In this document: positions 1-8,309 of the stretch, in pieces
Position numbering within the stretch: position 1 is the stretch's first letter
Layout of the letters: each line of letters starts with the position of its first letter
Assembly (NCBI RefSeq): GCF_001481685.1
Contig: NZ_CP006867.1
Coordinates: 480,001-512,000 of the forward strand
Length of the DNA: 32,000 bases
From: Ignicoccus islandicus DSM 13165
GTDB lineage: Archaea > Thermoproteota > Thermoprotei_A > Sulfolobales > Ignicoccaceae
Direction: 5' to 3'
Program-made: the position numbers and the translations under genes
Notes under the pieces: model-generated
Database searches by the model: none
What the model saw: the letters and a program-made list of their open reading frames with translations, nothing else
What the model was told of the DNA's origin: nothing

Positions 1-450
1 CCTTGTAATCGCTTAAGCCGTCTCCATCTGTATCGATCTTCAAAGGATCGCATTTGTACTTAAGTACTTCGTCTCCATCGCTCAAACCGTCCCTATCGGA
101 ATCTCGATCTAAAGGATTGGTTCCATATATTAGTTCCTCCCCGTCCTTCAATCCGTCTCCGTCGGTATCGGGGTTCCTTGGATCGGTTTTGAGCGAAATT
201 TCCTTCCCATCGCTCAACCCGTCTCCGTCAGTATCCGGTTTCAGTGGATCAATTCCGAGAATGAGTTCCGTTTTGTCCCTAACGTCGTCTCCATCGGTAT
301 CGACCTTAGATGGATCGGTCCGATAAACTACTACTTCCTCGTAGTCGTTGAGGCCGTCTCCGTCAGTGTCTACCTTCGCGTCGCTGCTTCCCTTAAGGCC
401 CTCTAGGAAGCTATTCAATCCGTCTCCATCAGCATCGCTATAGGGGTAGA
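1..450 (-). repeat. Seven imperfect ~22-23 aa (66-69 bp) TSP3-like calcium-binding repeats within the CDS
   Basis: Repeated D-x-D-x-D-G-(L)-x-D motifs (DTDGDGLSDGxE...TDP). Confidence 0.8.
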
Positions 451-943
451 TCTTTGCGTAACCCCTGAGTTCGCCCCTATCGCTCAAAAGCTTTAGTTCC
501 AAGGTAGCGTTGCCTACTACCGTTAGGGAGAGCAGTCCGGGGAACTCCTCTTTACTCACTACGCCTCCGTTACTGATCGAATACTTAACTACGCAGTTCG
601 AACAATCGTATCCGAAAACTACCTTCGAGTAGTCTCCTACCCTTAACACGTTAATTGATACTGGACCGTAAGCGTAAACGTTGGTCGTCACCTCAATATC
701 GTAGGTTACTTCAGTAAGGAAACATTTCTCTGTAACCACTAAATGCGTTGAAGGTTTCAAGTACGTGAAAATTAGTAGTCCTTTACCTACCTTCTTAAGC
801 GTGGTATACTTGTAATTCTTGAAGTACAAATCGCATCCCTTTAGAGGTACGAAATTCTCTATTCCTTGAACTACCTTTACTTCACGCGTTTCACGGAACT
901 TCAGTATTCCAAAGTAGAACGACGTTACGATTGCCAAGAGCAA
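1..943 (-). CDS. Thrombospondin type-3-like calcium-binding repeat protein with N-terminal transmembrane anchor; 3' end lies beyond the window
   Basis: Own translation of the minus strand (not in the ORF track). One open frame reads ...YSDADGDGLNSFLEGLKGSSDAKVDTDGDGLNDYEEVVVYRTDPSKVDTDGDDVRDKTELILGIDPLKPDTDGDGLSDGKEISLKTDPRNPDTDGDGLKDGEELIYGTNPLDRDSDRDGLSDGDEVLKYKCDPLKIDTDGDGLSDYK, with an N-terminal hydrophobic stretch VGIALLLLAIVTSFYFGIL. Start uncertain: TTG at 943 is the first in-frame start codon after the stop at 989-991. Confidence 0.8.
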   Translation of the reverse strand, partial: MLLAIVTSFYFGILKFRETREVKVVQGIENFVPLKGCDLYFKNYKYTTLKKVGKGLLIFTYLKPSTHLVVTEKCFLTEVTYDIEVTTNVYAYGPVSINVLRVGDYSKVVFGYDCSNCVVKYSISNGGVVSKEEFPGLLSLTVVGNATLELKLLSDRGELRGYAKIYPYSDADGDGLNSFLEGLKGSSDAKVDTDGDGLNDYEEVVVYRTDPSKVDTDGDDVRDKTELILGIDPLKPDTDGDGLSDGKEISLKTDPRNPDTDGDGLKDGEELIYGTNPLDRDSDRDGLSDGDEVLKYKCDPLKIDTDGDGLSDYK

Positions 944-1038
944 TAAGGCTATCCCTACGAGCACTATTGTCGGTAGGACGCCTCTCTCAAGCAACCTATG
1001 TTCACGTCGGTATCTTAAACCAGAGAGAGTACTAAGTT

Positions 1039-1476
1039 TTACTTCTTTACCTTTTGTACTACTTCAATTCTCTCTATCCACGTTTCAGGGTACTGTCCCT
1101 CTAGATCCTTCTCGTATTTTTTAACCATATCCCAAATATTGAGAAGAGCAGTGCTTACGGCAGTTAACGCTTCCATTTCAACGCCGGTCTTTTCCGTTGC
1201 CTTGACCTTAACTCTAACCTTTAGTCTATTCTCATCCAATCTCTCATACTTAACACCAACGTATGTTATCCTAATTGGGTGACAGAAGGGCAAGAGGGAC
1301 GGAGTGGCCTTAGCCGCGTTTATCGCTACTGCCTTAGTTATCTCGAAAACGTTCCCCTTTTCTATTTCGCCTTCATATATTCTATCCAGTGTCTCTTTCT
1401 TGAGCCTTATAATTCCTTCCGCTATCGCTTCCCTATAAACAACTTCCTTTCCGGTAATGTCAACCATGCCTTCCAA
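1039..1476 (-). CDS. moaC: Cyclic pyranopterin monophosphate synthase MoaC
   Basis: MVDITGKEVVYREAIAEG..., LLPFCHPIRI, VKATEKTGVEMEALTAVSTALLNIWDMVKKYEKD are MoaC hallmarks. AGGAGGT is spaced 9 nt before TTG at 1476; the longer ORF reaches 1521. Confidence 0.93.
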   Translation of the reverse strand: MEGMVDITGKEVVYREAIAEGIIRLKKETLDRIYEGEIEKGNVFEITKAVAINAAKATPSLLPFCHPIRITYVGVKYERLDENRLKVRVKVKATEKTGVEMEALTAVSTALLNIWDMVKKYEKDLEGQYPETWIERIEVVQKVKK

Positions 1477-1525
1477 GGCGCTCCTACCTCCTGAACTGGA
1501 CCGTATGCAAATGCGTTTCACTTGT

Positions 1526-2497
1526 CTATATCAGTTCGCTTCTTAGTATTAGGAGAGCTAAGGAGAGGCCCCCCATCGTTGAAAGGAAGGCGCCTACGGG
1601 CAGTGAACCGTATGGCGTCTCTACGTAGCTACTTAAGGCGTCTGATGTCATCATTACAGTCGATGCAATTAAAAACGTAGTAAATATTTCATAGTAGGGC
1701 TCTAGGGGACACAATCTCTTTCCTATGTTCGCTGATATTAGGCCCAAGAACGGTAGAATGCCACAACAACCCGTTACCGAGCCAGCTCCTATAGACGCAA
1801 CGATGACGCTCTTAGCCAAGGTCCTTTCCGGTTTTATCCCTAGGCTCCTAGCGAAATCTTCCCCGAAGCCGACTGCAGTGGCCTCATCGATTAGAGCAAT
1901 TGAACCAACTAACGCTAGAACTGAAGCTATTGCCAGACTGAAAGCAGTGCTTCGATCTACGTATTCCGTCGTCCCCAGAAGCAAAGGCAAGAAAGGTCTA
2001 TTGAGAGATGAGGCTACCAAGTAGGCCAAGAGAGAGGAAAGGCCTTGTAGGGAAATGGAGATAGCTAGGCCCATAATTAGCGCCTTAGAGGCACCTCCTC
2101 TAAGGGACGCGAACGCAACGAACGTGCCAACTATTAGAGAGCCGAGGAAGCCCAGCGCAAAGGACGTGCTTTGTTGGAGGGCAATTAAGCCGAATATCAA
2201 TGCCCCCAAGGAAATGAACAAGAAGGCGCCCGAAAGAGTACCTAAGACGTATGGGTCGACTAAGTCGTTCGAAAGCTCCTTTTGAAGTAAGAGCGTTGGT
2301 AAAGCCAAGGACAAGGAAATTAGGTTATCCACTATAACTCTTTGAATTCGTATTTCTAAGACTACTCCCGAGAGCTGGAGAGGGTTCGCGAATCCGCTAC
2401 CGCCTAGGCTCAAGGAAGAAAAGAAGGAGGCTAGCCAGAGCAATACAAGCCAGATGGATCTTTTACAAGCGCGTGGAGAGCCTTTAGTAGTATCCAT
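1526..2497 (-). CDS. FecCD/BtuC-family ABC transporter permease (divergent)
   Basis: Multi-TM protein with FecCD-like segments (RIQRVIVDNLISLSLALPTLLLQKELSNDLVDPYVLGTLSGAF; AVGFGEDFARSLGI; GCCGILPFLGLISANIGKRL) directly downstream of a solute-binding protein. Track ORF starts at 2563; internal ATG at 2497 preferred. Confidence 0.8.
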   Translation of the reverse strand: MDTTKGSPRACKRSIWLVLLWLASFFSSLSLGGSGFANPLQLSGVVLEIRIQRVIVDNLISLSLALPTLLLQKELSNDLVDPYVLGTLSGAFLFISLGALIFGLIALQQSTSFALGFLGSLIVGTFVAFASLRGGASKALIMGLAISISLQGLSSLLAYLVASSLNRPFLPLLLGTTEYVDRSTAFSLAIASVLALVGSIALIDEATAVGFGEDFARSLGIKPERTLAKSVIVASIGAGSVTGCCGILPFLGLISANIGKRLCPLEPYYEIFTTFLIASTVMMTSDALSSYVETPYGSLPVGAFLSTMGGLSLALLILRSELI

Positions 2498-3366
2498 GGC
2501 GCTTGACTTATCCGAGGTCCCGGTCTCTGAACGACGTCCGCGTACGTTCCATAGATTACGCATATTCGCTTTGCCCTTAGGCCCAAGGCTTTAGCATCTT
2601 TAACGGCCCCTTGCGGATCAATTCCTTTCCCACTCAATAATATTACTACGTCCGCATTTAATGATAGGAGTTTCTCTTTGGTTATCCTAGGCCACCCTAG
2701 TTGTCCTATGAGGTTTACGGCGTTCAGCTTATTGACTAAATCGCTAATGAAAGTTCCATTGCCTACCGCATAGATGCCCCAGGAGAACGGGTAGAAGAGA
2801 ATTACTACTTTCACTAATGGATATTTCAAGGATTCCTCTGAGGCCTTGGTTACGTTCTCCTCGATCCATTTAACTACTTCCCCTGCCCTATCGAGTTCGC
2901 CGATAGCCTTTCCAATTAGGGTTAAATCGCGCTCTATACAGCCTATCGAGTCACACGCGCCTCCCTTTGTAAAGAGGACTGGGAAGCCTAGTTCGTTGAG
3001 TTTGCCTATCATCCTTAGGTCAGCGCCTTCATCAGCTATTACGAGGTCCGGTTCCAGTAAAGCTATTTTTTCTATATTGGGCATCCAGAACGTTCCTATG
3101 ATCGTTACCCTACCACTCCCGGTCGCGTTAACCAATTGAGCTGGCCAATCGACTGGTTGAACGGTTGCTACGAGTTTCGAACAGTTCATTACACATACGC
3201 TCTCCGCAATGGCCGGCGTTAGGGCGATGACCTTCTTAGGAGGGTAATTAAATATAGTTACGTTCCTCCCGAGCGCGTCAATTAACGTAATGGGTGAGGA
3301 GGACACAATTACAATGGCTAGCGTTGGGATAGCTATCAGAAGGATAAGCGGGATTGTTAATCTCAC
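2431..3366 (-). CDS. Periplasmic/extracytoplasmic substrate-binding protein, BtuF/FepB (helical backbone metal receptor) type
   Basis: N-terminal signal-like hydrophobic segment, then PITLIDALGRNVTIFNYPPKKVIALTPAIAESV, IEKIALLEPDLVIADEGAD, LLSLNADVVILLSGKG. Confidence 0.87.
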   Translation of the reverse strand: MRLTIPLILLIAIPTLAIVIVSSSPITLIDALGRNVTIFNYPPKKVIALTPAIAESVCVMNCSKLVATVQPVDWPAQLVNATGSGRVTIIGTFWMPNIEKIALLEPDLVIADEGADLRMIGKLNELGFPVLFTKGGACDSIGCIERDLTLIGKAIGELDRAGEVVKWIEENVTKASEESLKYPLVKVVILFYPFSWGIYAVGNGTFISDLVNKLNAVNLIGQLGWPRITKEKLLSLNADVVILLSGKGIDPQGAVKDAKALGLRAKRICVIYGTYADVVQRPGPRISQAPWILLKALHALVKDPSGLYCSG

Positions 3367-3413
3367 GATTTCACCGGGGTGGCGAGGGTTGCTGAGAAAT
3401 ATGTAAATGTAAT

Positions 3414-3535
3414 GGGTCCCGGCACGGGGCGGCTGCGGCGCCTCTCGGACGCCACTGCCTAACCCCGCGCGACCGGCTTAACTTCCGGGTTCGATATGGG
3501 TCCGGGTGTTGCCCGGTCGCTGTGGCCGGGACCCG
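3414..3535 (-). rRNA. rrf: 5S ribosomal RNA (solitary)
   Basis: Minus strand GGGTCCCGGCCACAGCGACCGGGCAACACCCGGACCCATATCGAACCCGGAAGTTAAGCCGGTCGC...GCCGGGACCC. Contains the archaeal 5S core CACCCGGA...TCGAACCCGGAAGTTAAGCC and complementary termini GGGTCCCGGC/GCCGGGACCC. Confidence 0.95.
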
Positions 3536-3558
3536 TCTTAGCTCCCTACGGGGTCTCT

Positions 3559-4656
3559 TTATTTTCTTTTCGGTTTGTTCGATCCCAACCAATATTCGTA
3601 GAGGCCTCTCTCTATAATCCACTCTTTAAGTGGACCGAATATTACCGCCTTTCCTTTTATCTCTTCGGCGTTCGGACTAGACGTTAAGAATAGAGCTGCT
3701 TTTATCGCTATCATCATTGCCTTCATGAACTTCCTTAACTCCTCTTTCCCGGCATAGGCTGCCTTGAGAGCAGGTAGCGCTACTCCAACTACGTCTGCAC
3801 CTAGCGCTAGCGCCTTCGCTGCTTCCATACCATTTCTAATTCCACCGGACCCTATTATTATCGAGTTTGGAGCCGCAGTCCTAACTTCCATTATGGAAGC
3901 GGCAGTGGGAATTCCCCAGTCGCTTAACCAGGAAGCCGCTAAGCCCAACTCTTCCTCGCCCTTCTCGTATGCTCTATACATTTCGACTTTCACCCAGCTG
4001 GTTCCGCCACAACCGGAAACGTCGAAGGCTTGGATACCCACTTCATTGAATGCCTTTGCGGTTTCGTAATCTATTCCAGCTCCGGTTTCCTTAATTATTA
4101 CCGGCGTGTCTAACTCATCGACGATTTCTGCGACTTTGTCTATTATTCCCTTGAAGTCAACATCGCCTTCTGGCTGGAAGGCTTCTTGGGCAGCGTTCAA
4201 GTGTATCGCTATTGCATCAGCGTCGATCATTTCTATTGCTTTTTTAATTTCAGTTACGCCGTAACCCTTCAATAACTGAGGCGCGCCTATGTTTGCTATG
4301 AGTAAAGCGTTAGGGGCCTTTTCCCTCGCTATTCTATATGTCCAAGAAAGCGAGGGGTCCTCTATAGCAGCCCTCTGGCTGCCTACCCCCATTCCCAGTC
4401 CCAATTCCTCAACGACTTCCGCAATGGTCGCGTTTATCTTGGCGCTATGCTCGTTGCCACCAGTCATCCCAGTTACGATAATTGGTGCGTTAAGCGTTTT
4501 GCCGAATAGTTCGATTCGCGTGTCCACTTCGTTGAGGTCGAGTTCCGGTGCAGCGCGGTGAATCAATTTAACGTACTTAAACCAAGTATCCCCGGCCTCT
4601 ACGTCGTTCAGTAAAGTAATCCTCAGGTGATCTAGCTTTCTGGTCCTAGTTTCCAT
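3559..4656 (-). CDS. fni: Type 2 isopentenyl-diphosphate delta-isomerase (FMN-dependent)
   Basis: TRKLDHLRITL, PIIVTGMTGGN, GLGMGVGSQRAAIEDPS, LIANIGAPQL, AIHLNAAQEAFQPEGD, VIIKETGAGI, GGTSWVKVE, IIIGSGGIRNGMEAAKALALGADVVGVALP. Confidence 0.96.
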   Translation of the reverse strand: METRTRKLDHLRITLLNDVEAGDTWFKYVKLIHRAAPELDLNEVDTRIELFGKTLNAPIIVTGMTGGNEHSAKINATIAEVVEELGLGMGVGSQRAAIEDPSLSWTYRIAREKAPNALLIANIGAPQLLKGYGVTEIKKAIEMIDADAIAIHLNAAQEAFQPEGDVDFKGIIDKVAEIVDELDTPVIIKETGAGIDYETAKAFNEVGIQAFDVSGCGGTSWVKVEMYRAYEKGEEELGLAASWLSDWGIPTAASIMEVRTAAPNSIIIGSGGIRNGMEAAKALALGADVVGVALPALKAAYAGKEELRKFMKAMMIAIKAALFLTSSPNAEEIKGKAVIFGPLKEWIIERGLYEYWLGSNKPKRK

Positions 4657-4739
4657 AATTTGCCTACCTTCTCATTGAAACATCGAGGAAGCTATATGAA
4701 GGTCGCTATGATTCCGTAACTTAAGGATTTTAGAACTAT

Positions 4740-5906
4740 TTGCGCAACGCGAGATTAAGGGGAACGACCTCGAAGGACTACGAGACTAAAGTAATTGAAG
4801 AAAGCGTCAGAGCTATTGAGAAATTACTACCGATAGCGTTGGAGAAGAAGGGAAAAGACGTTATTAAGGTAATGCACGTATGCGGAACCCATGAACATAC
4901 TGTGACTCACAACGGTCTCAGGAGCCTGGTTCCACCTCAGCTGGAGATAATTGCCGGACCGGGTTGTCCAGTTTGCATAACCCCCGCTTCGGCCGTAGAC
5001 GAAATGATAAAGCTCTCCCTTGAAGGAGTTCGAGTATACGCTTACGGCGACGTTTACAAGCTACCGGGGACGAAGGGAAGTTTAGCTACTGCTAGGGCGA
5101 GAGGCGGAGACGTAAAGGTCGTTTACGGTTTTCTAGACGCAATGAAAGACGCAAGGGAACACGGCAAAGAAGCCGTTTTCTTCGGAGTGGGTTTCGAAAC
5201 AACTGTTCCAACGGTTGCGTCTCCGGTGTATTTAGGAAAGGTTCCCGAGAACTTAAAGATATTCTCAGTATATAGATTAACTGCTCCGGGGCTCGATAAA
5301 GCGTTGGAAGCTCACAAGGACCTAGGCGTACCTCTTGATGGAATAATTGCTCCGGGTCACGTTTCATCGATTATAGGTGCGAACGCGTGGAAGTATCTAC
5401 CAGAGAAATACGGGTTACCTACAGTTGTAGCGGGTTTCGAAGCGTACGATTACATGGTAGCTCTAGTTTGGTTATTAAAGCAGATAGTGAAGGGCGAAGC
5501 TAGACTGGAGAACGAGTATTCGAGGGTAGTAAAACCAGAAGGCAACGTGATCGCATGGAAGAGGGTTAACGAAGTGTTCTATGTAACGGATGCCTATTGG
5601 AGAGGGATAGGCGTCCTACCGAATAGCGGCTTAGAATTTAGGGACGCATACTCTAAGTACGATGCTTCAAAGGAGTATGGTCTCGAAGTGAAACCGACTG
5701 AACGGGAGCTACCGCCGGGATGCAAGTGCGCTCAAATAAACTTGGGAATAGCTAAACCTACCGATTGTCCTCATTTCAAGAAGACTTGTACGCCTACCAA
5801 TCCCATTGGTCCGTGTATGGTGAGCGATGAAGGTACGTGCGCTATATGGGCTAAGTTCGGAGGAGGAGAACTCATAAGGACGCTCGCGAAAGAATTGGGG
5901 CTCTGA
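4740..5906 (+). CDS. hypD: [NiFe]-hydrogenase maturation protein HypD
   Basis: KVMHVCGTHEHTVTHNGLRSLVPPQLEIIAGPGCPVCITP, FFGVGFETTVPTVAS, IIAPGHVSSIIG, LPPGCKCAQINLGIAKPTDCPHFKKTCTPTNPIGPCMVSDEGTCAIW. TTG start. Confidence 0.97.
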   Translation: MRNARLRGTTSKDYETKVIEESVRAIEKLLPIALEKKGKDVIKVMHVCGTHEHTVTHNGLRSLVPPQLEIIAGPGCPVCITPASAVDEMIKLSLEGVRVYAYGDVYKLPGTKGSLATARARGGDVKVVYGFLDAMKDAREHGKEAVFFGVGFETTVPTVASPVYLGKVPENLKIFSVYRLTAPGLDKALEAHKDLGVPLDGIIAPGHVSSIIGANAWKYLPEKYGLPTVVAGFEAYDYMVALVWLLKQIVKGEARLENEYSRVVKPEGNVIAWKRVNEVFYVTDAYWRGIGVLPNSGLEFRDAYSKYDASKEYGLEVKPTERELPPGCKCAQINLGIAKPTDCPHFKKTCTPTNPIGPCMVSDEGTCAIWAKFGGGELIRTLAKELGL

Positions 5907-5941
5907 AGAATAGCTAAAATCACCTTTTTTCAGTTTCCGAC

Positions 5942-6328
5942 TTGGAGGAAGAGATGACTTCCATTTCAGATGCTGCGAAGAAGTTCAAGTTACAACGGGT
6001 TAGCAAGGACGATGAAGAACTACTACTAATACCGAACTCTCCCTTCTACGTGGTCGTAAAGAAGGGGCCCGTGTTTAGAGTTAGAATTGGCGTTGATTGG
6101 GACAAAATGGAAGAAATCGCTCAAGAGATGATAGATGAAGGGGAAGACAAGGAAGACGTATTGGACGTTATGGATGACTTACTAGATGAAGCATTGAAAA
6201 TAGCCTACGACGTCATTAAATCTCTTGAAAGGGAAGGAAAGGAGGTTAAATCCGAGCTAACTTCATCTATAATGGATATCAAAGATGAAATGATTGACCG
6301 CTTAGAGTACTTGGAGGAAGTGTCTTGA
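5942..6328 (+). CDS. Conserved-looking hypothetical acidic protein (128 aa), first gene of an overlapping operon
   Basis: Open frame between hypD and trm56, 4-nt overlap with the downstream gene; no recognised family. Confidence 0.75.
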   Translation: MEEEMTSISDAAKKFKLQRVSKDDEELLLIPNSPFYVVVKKGPVFRVRIGVDWDKMEEIAQEMIDEGEDKEDVLDVMDDLLDEALKIAYDVIKSLEREGKEVKSELTSSIMDIKDEMIDRLEYLEEVS

Positions 6329-6879
6329 AGGTTTACGTGCTTCGAATAGGGCATAGACCTGAGAGGGACAAAAGGATAACGACTCACGTAGCACTGGTAG
6401 CGAGAGCCTTTGGAGCTAGCGGTTTCTTGCTCAATCCATGTGACGAAAAGATAATAGAGAAAATAAGGGAGACTGAGTCCAGATGGGGTCGTTTCTTAGA
6501 AGAGATAGAATGTGTTAGATCGCCACTAGATTACGTTAGGAAATGGAAAGAGTCGCGCGGAAAGGTAGTTCACCTAACTATGTATGGAATGAAGCTCGAC
6601 GAAGCAATAGAAGAGATAAAGGATACCAAGAGCGATCTATTGCTAATAGTGGGTGCAGAGAAAGTTCCCAGGGAATACTATGATCTCGCCGATTGGAACG
6701 TTTCTGTAGGTAACCAGCCACACTCGGAGGTGGCAGCGTTAGCCGTTTTCTTGGACAGGTTGTTTGATGGTAAGGAGCTCTACAGAGAGCCTGCGAACCC
6801 TCAAATTAAGATAGTTCCTTCGAGAAGGGGAAAAAGGGTGGTTAAAGGAAGTGAAGACTCCGAAGGAGCTTCTAGATGA
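6325..6879 (+). CDS. tRNA (cytidine(56)-2'-O)-methyltransferase (aTrm56, SPOUT class)
   Basis: VYVLRIGHRPERDKRITTHVALVARAFGASG, VVHLTMYGMKLDEAI, LLLIVGAEKVPREYYDLADWNVSVGNQPHSEVAALAVFLDRLF match the archaeal Trm56 family as I recall it. Confidence 0.92.
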   Translation: MKVYVLRIGHRPERDKRITTHVALVARAFGASGFLLNPCDEKIIEKIRETESRWGRFLEEIECVRSPLDYVRKWKESRGKVVHLTMYGMKLDEAIEEIKDTKSDLLLIVGAEKVPREYYDLADWNVSVGNQPHSEVAALAVFLDRLFDGKELYREPANPQIKIVPSRRGKRVVKGSEDSEGASR

Positions 6880-7378
6880 GTTGCTGAAGTTCATTGAAAA
6901 ATTGGCTGGAAAAGAAGGAGTAATGGTATTCAAGGAGTTAATGAAATACGACGGGGTAACGGAAGAACAAATTGCAGACGACTTAGGCATGAAGGTCAAT
7001 GACGTCCGAAAGGTATTGTACAAATTCGAAGAGTATGGCTTAGTTAAGAGCTATAAGGAAAAAGAAGACGAAAACAATCAAATATACTACCTTTGGAGAA
7101 TAGAGAGAGATACGCTTAACCAGTCTCTATTGCTCCTCAAGAAGGAGGTCTTGAAGAAACTCGAAGAGAAGTTAGAGGATGAAGAAAACGAAGTTTACTT
7201 CTATTGTCCTAAGGACTTCACTAGATTAAGGTACTCGGAAGCAATGCTCTATGATTTCACTTGTCCTAAGTGTGGGACTCCCCTTGAGATGGACGAAGAT
7301 AACTTATCGAAGGTAATTCTCAAGAAATACGTAAATAAGCTCAAAGAGGAAATTGAAAATGAAGAAAAGTCTCTTTGA
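6851..7378 (+). CDS. tfe: Transcription initiation factor E, alpha subunit (TFE)
   Basis: N-terminal winged helix (VTEEQIADDLGMKVNDVRKVLYKFEEYGLV) and C-terminal zinc ribbon (YFYCPKDFTRLRYSEAMLYDFTCPKCGTPLE). GTG start overlapping trm56. Confidence 0.93.
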   Translation: MKTPKELLDELLKFIEKLAGKEGVMVFKELMKYDGVTEEQIADDLGMKVNDVRKVLYKFEEYGLVKSYKEKEDENNQIYYLWRIERDTLNQSLLLLKKEVLKKLEEKLEDEENEVYFYCPKDFTRLRYSEAMLYDFTCPKCGTPLEMDEDNLSKVILKKYVNKLKEEIENEEKSL

Positions 7379-8309
7379 TTTGTTCTCGGGGGCCGGTGGA
7401 TTCGCTCTCGGTTTCGAAAGGAGCGGTTTCGAGAGCGTTATTGGGGTTGATAACGATAGGGCAGCTATAAGGAGCTATGCAGCTAATCACAAGAAGGCCC
7501 TTGCATTAAATGAAGACATTTCCAAGCTATCGTCCAGAGTTCTAGAAAGACTTGGAGGCACACCGGACGTGATAATTGGTTCCCCACCGTGCGAACCCTA
7601 TACTGCAGCTAACCCGAAAAGGGAAATCAATCCCTTAGATAGGCTCTATAAGGATCCAATAGGTAGATTGGTTCTTCATTTTATAAGAATCGTGGGGGAC
7701 TTGAAACCAAAGGTTTTCGTCATGGAAAACGTGAAAGGTCTCATCGAAGGAGAACTCAAGAGGGCAATAGCTAACGAGTTCAAGAGGGTTGGTTACGAGA
7801 AGGTGTATTTCAATGTACTTAGAGCAGAGGATTACTGCGTGCCATCTCATAGGGTTCGGGTTTTCGTCTCAAACGTTCCAATAAAACCTAAGCCAATATG
7901 CAAGAGGCCCGTAACTGTAGAAGAGGCCTTGAAAGATCTCCCTCAGCCGAATAGGGAGTGGCCACCGAATCACGAGCCCCCTTCACTTTCCACTAAACAG
8001 TTAAAGAGGATAGCAAAAATTAAGTGGGGAGGGGCTCTGATACACTATAGAGGGAGTGGCGGAAGGTTGTACCCTAACATGGTTAGACTTCACCCCAAGA
8101 AACTGGCGCCCACAGTATTGGGAAGTAGCAGGTTCATACACCCATATGAGAATAGGATCCTAACTGTTAGAGAGCAAGCTAGATTAATGAGCTATCCAGA
8201 CAATTTCATCTTCCTAGGGGGAAGGGACTCGCAATACAACCAAGTGGGCGAGTCCGTACCCCCATTACTGGCAGAGGTGATAGCCAATGTCGTCCGAGAA
8301 CACTTGTAA
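7353..8309 (+). CDS. DNA (cytosine-5)-methyltransferase, orphan
   Basis: C5-MTase motifs: DLFSGAGGFALGFERSGF (I), VIIGSPPCEPYTAAN (IV, PPCE instead of PPCQ), FVMENVKGL (VI), YCVPSHRVRVFV (VIII), LTVREQARLMSYPDNFIF (IX), YNQVGESVPPLLAEVIA (X). Confidence 0.92.
   Translation: MKMKKSLFDLFSGAGGFALGFERSGFESVIGVDNDRAAIRSYAANHKKALALNEDISKLSSRVLERLGGTPDVIIGSPPCEPYTAANPKREINPLDRLYKDPIGRLVLHFIRIVGDLKPKVFVMENVKGLIEGELKRAIANEFKRVGYEKVYFNVLRAEDYCVPSHRVRVFVSNVPIKPKPICKRPVTVEEALKDLPQPNREWPPNHEPPSLSTKQLKRIAKIKWGGALIHYRGSGGRLYPNMVRLHPKKLAPTVLGSSRFIHPYENRILTVREQARLMSYPDNFIFLGGRDSQYNQVGESVPPLLAEVIANVVREHL

Noticed and set aside
54-326. Track ORF + 90 aa, Ser/Pro-rich
   Set aside because: Antisense to the TSP3 repeat gene; the SLSPSVS pattern is the mirror of the DGDGLSD repeats.
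1-450. Possible CRISPR or DNA-level tandem repeat
   Set aside because: Repeats are imperfect, 66-69 bp, in coding phase and explained by TSP3 protein repeats; no spacers.
1725-2285. Plus-strand ORFs antisense to the permease and binding protein
   Set aside because: Sense-strand permease has coherent TM pattern and family motifs; the antisense ORFs have none.
3371-3687. Track ORFs 3371..3622 (-) and 3496..3687 (+)
   Set aside because: They lie across the 5S rRNA; Arg/Pro-rich translation reflects GC-rich structural RNA.
7353-8309. Restriction-modification system
   Set aside because: Only the methyltransferase is present; neighbours are tfe and a FAH-like protein, not an endonuclease.
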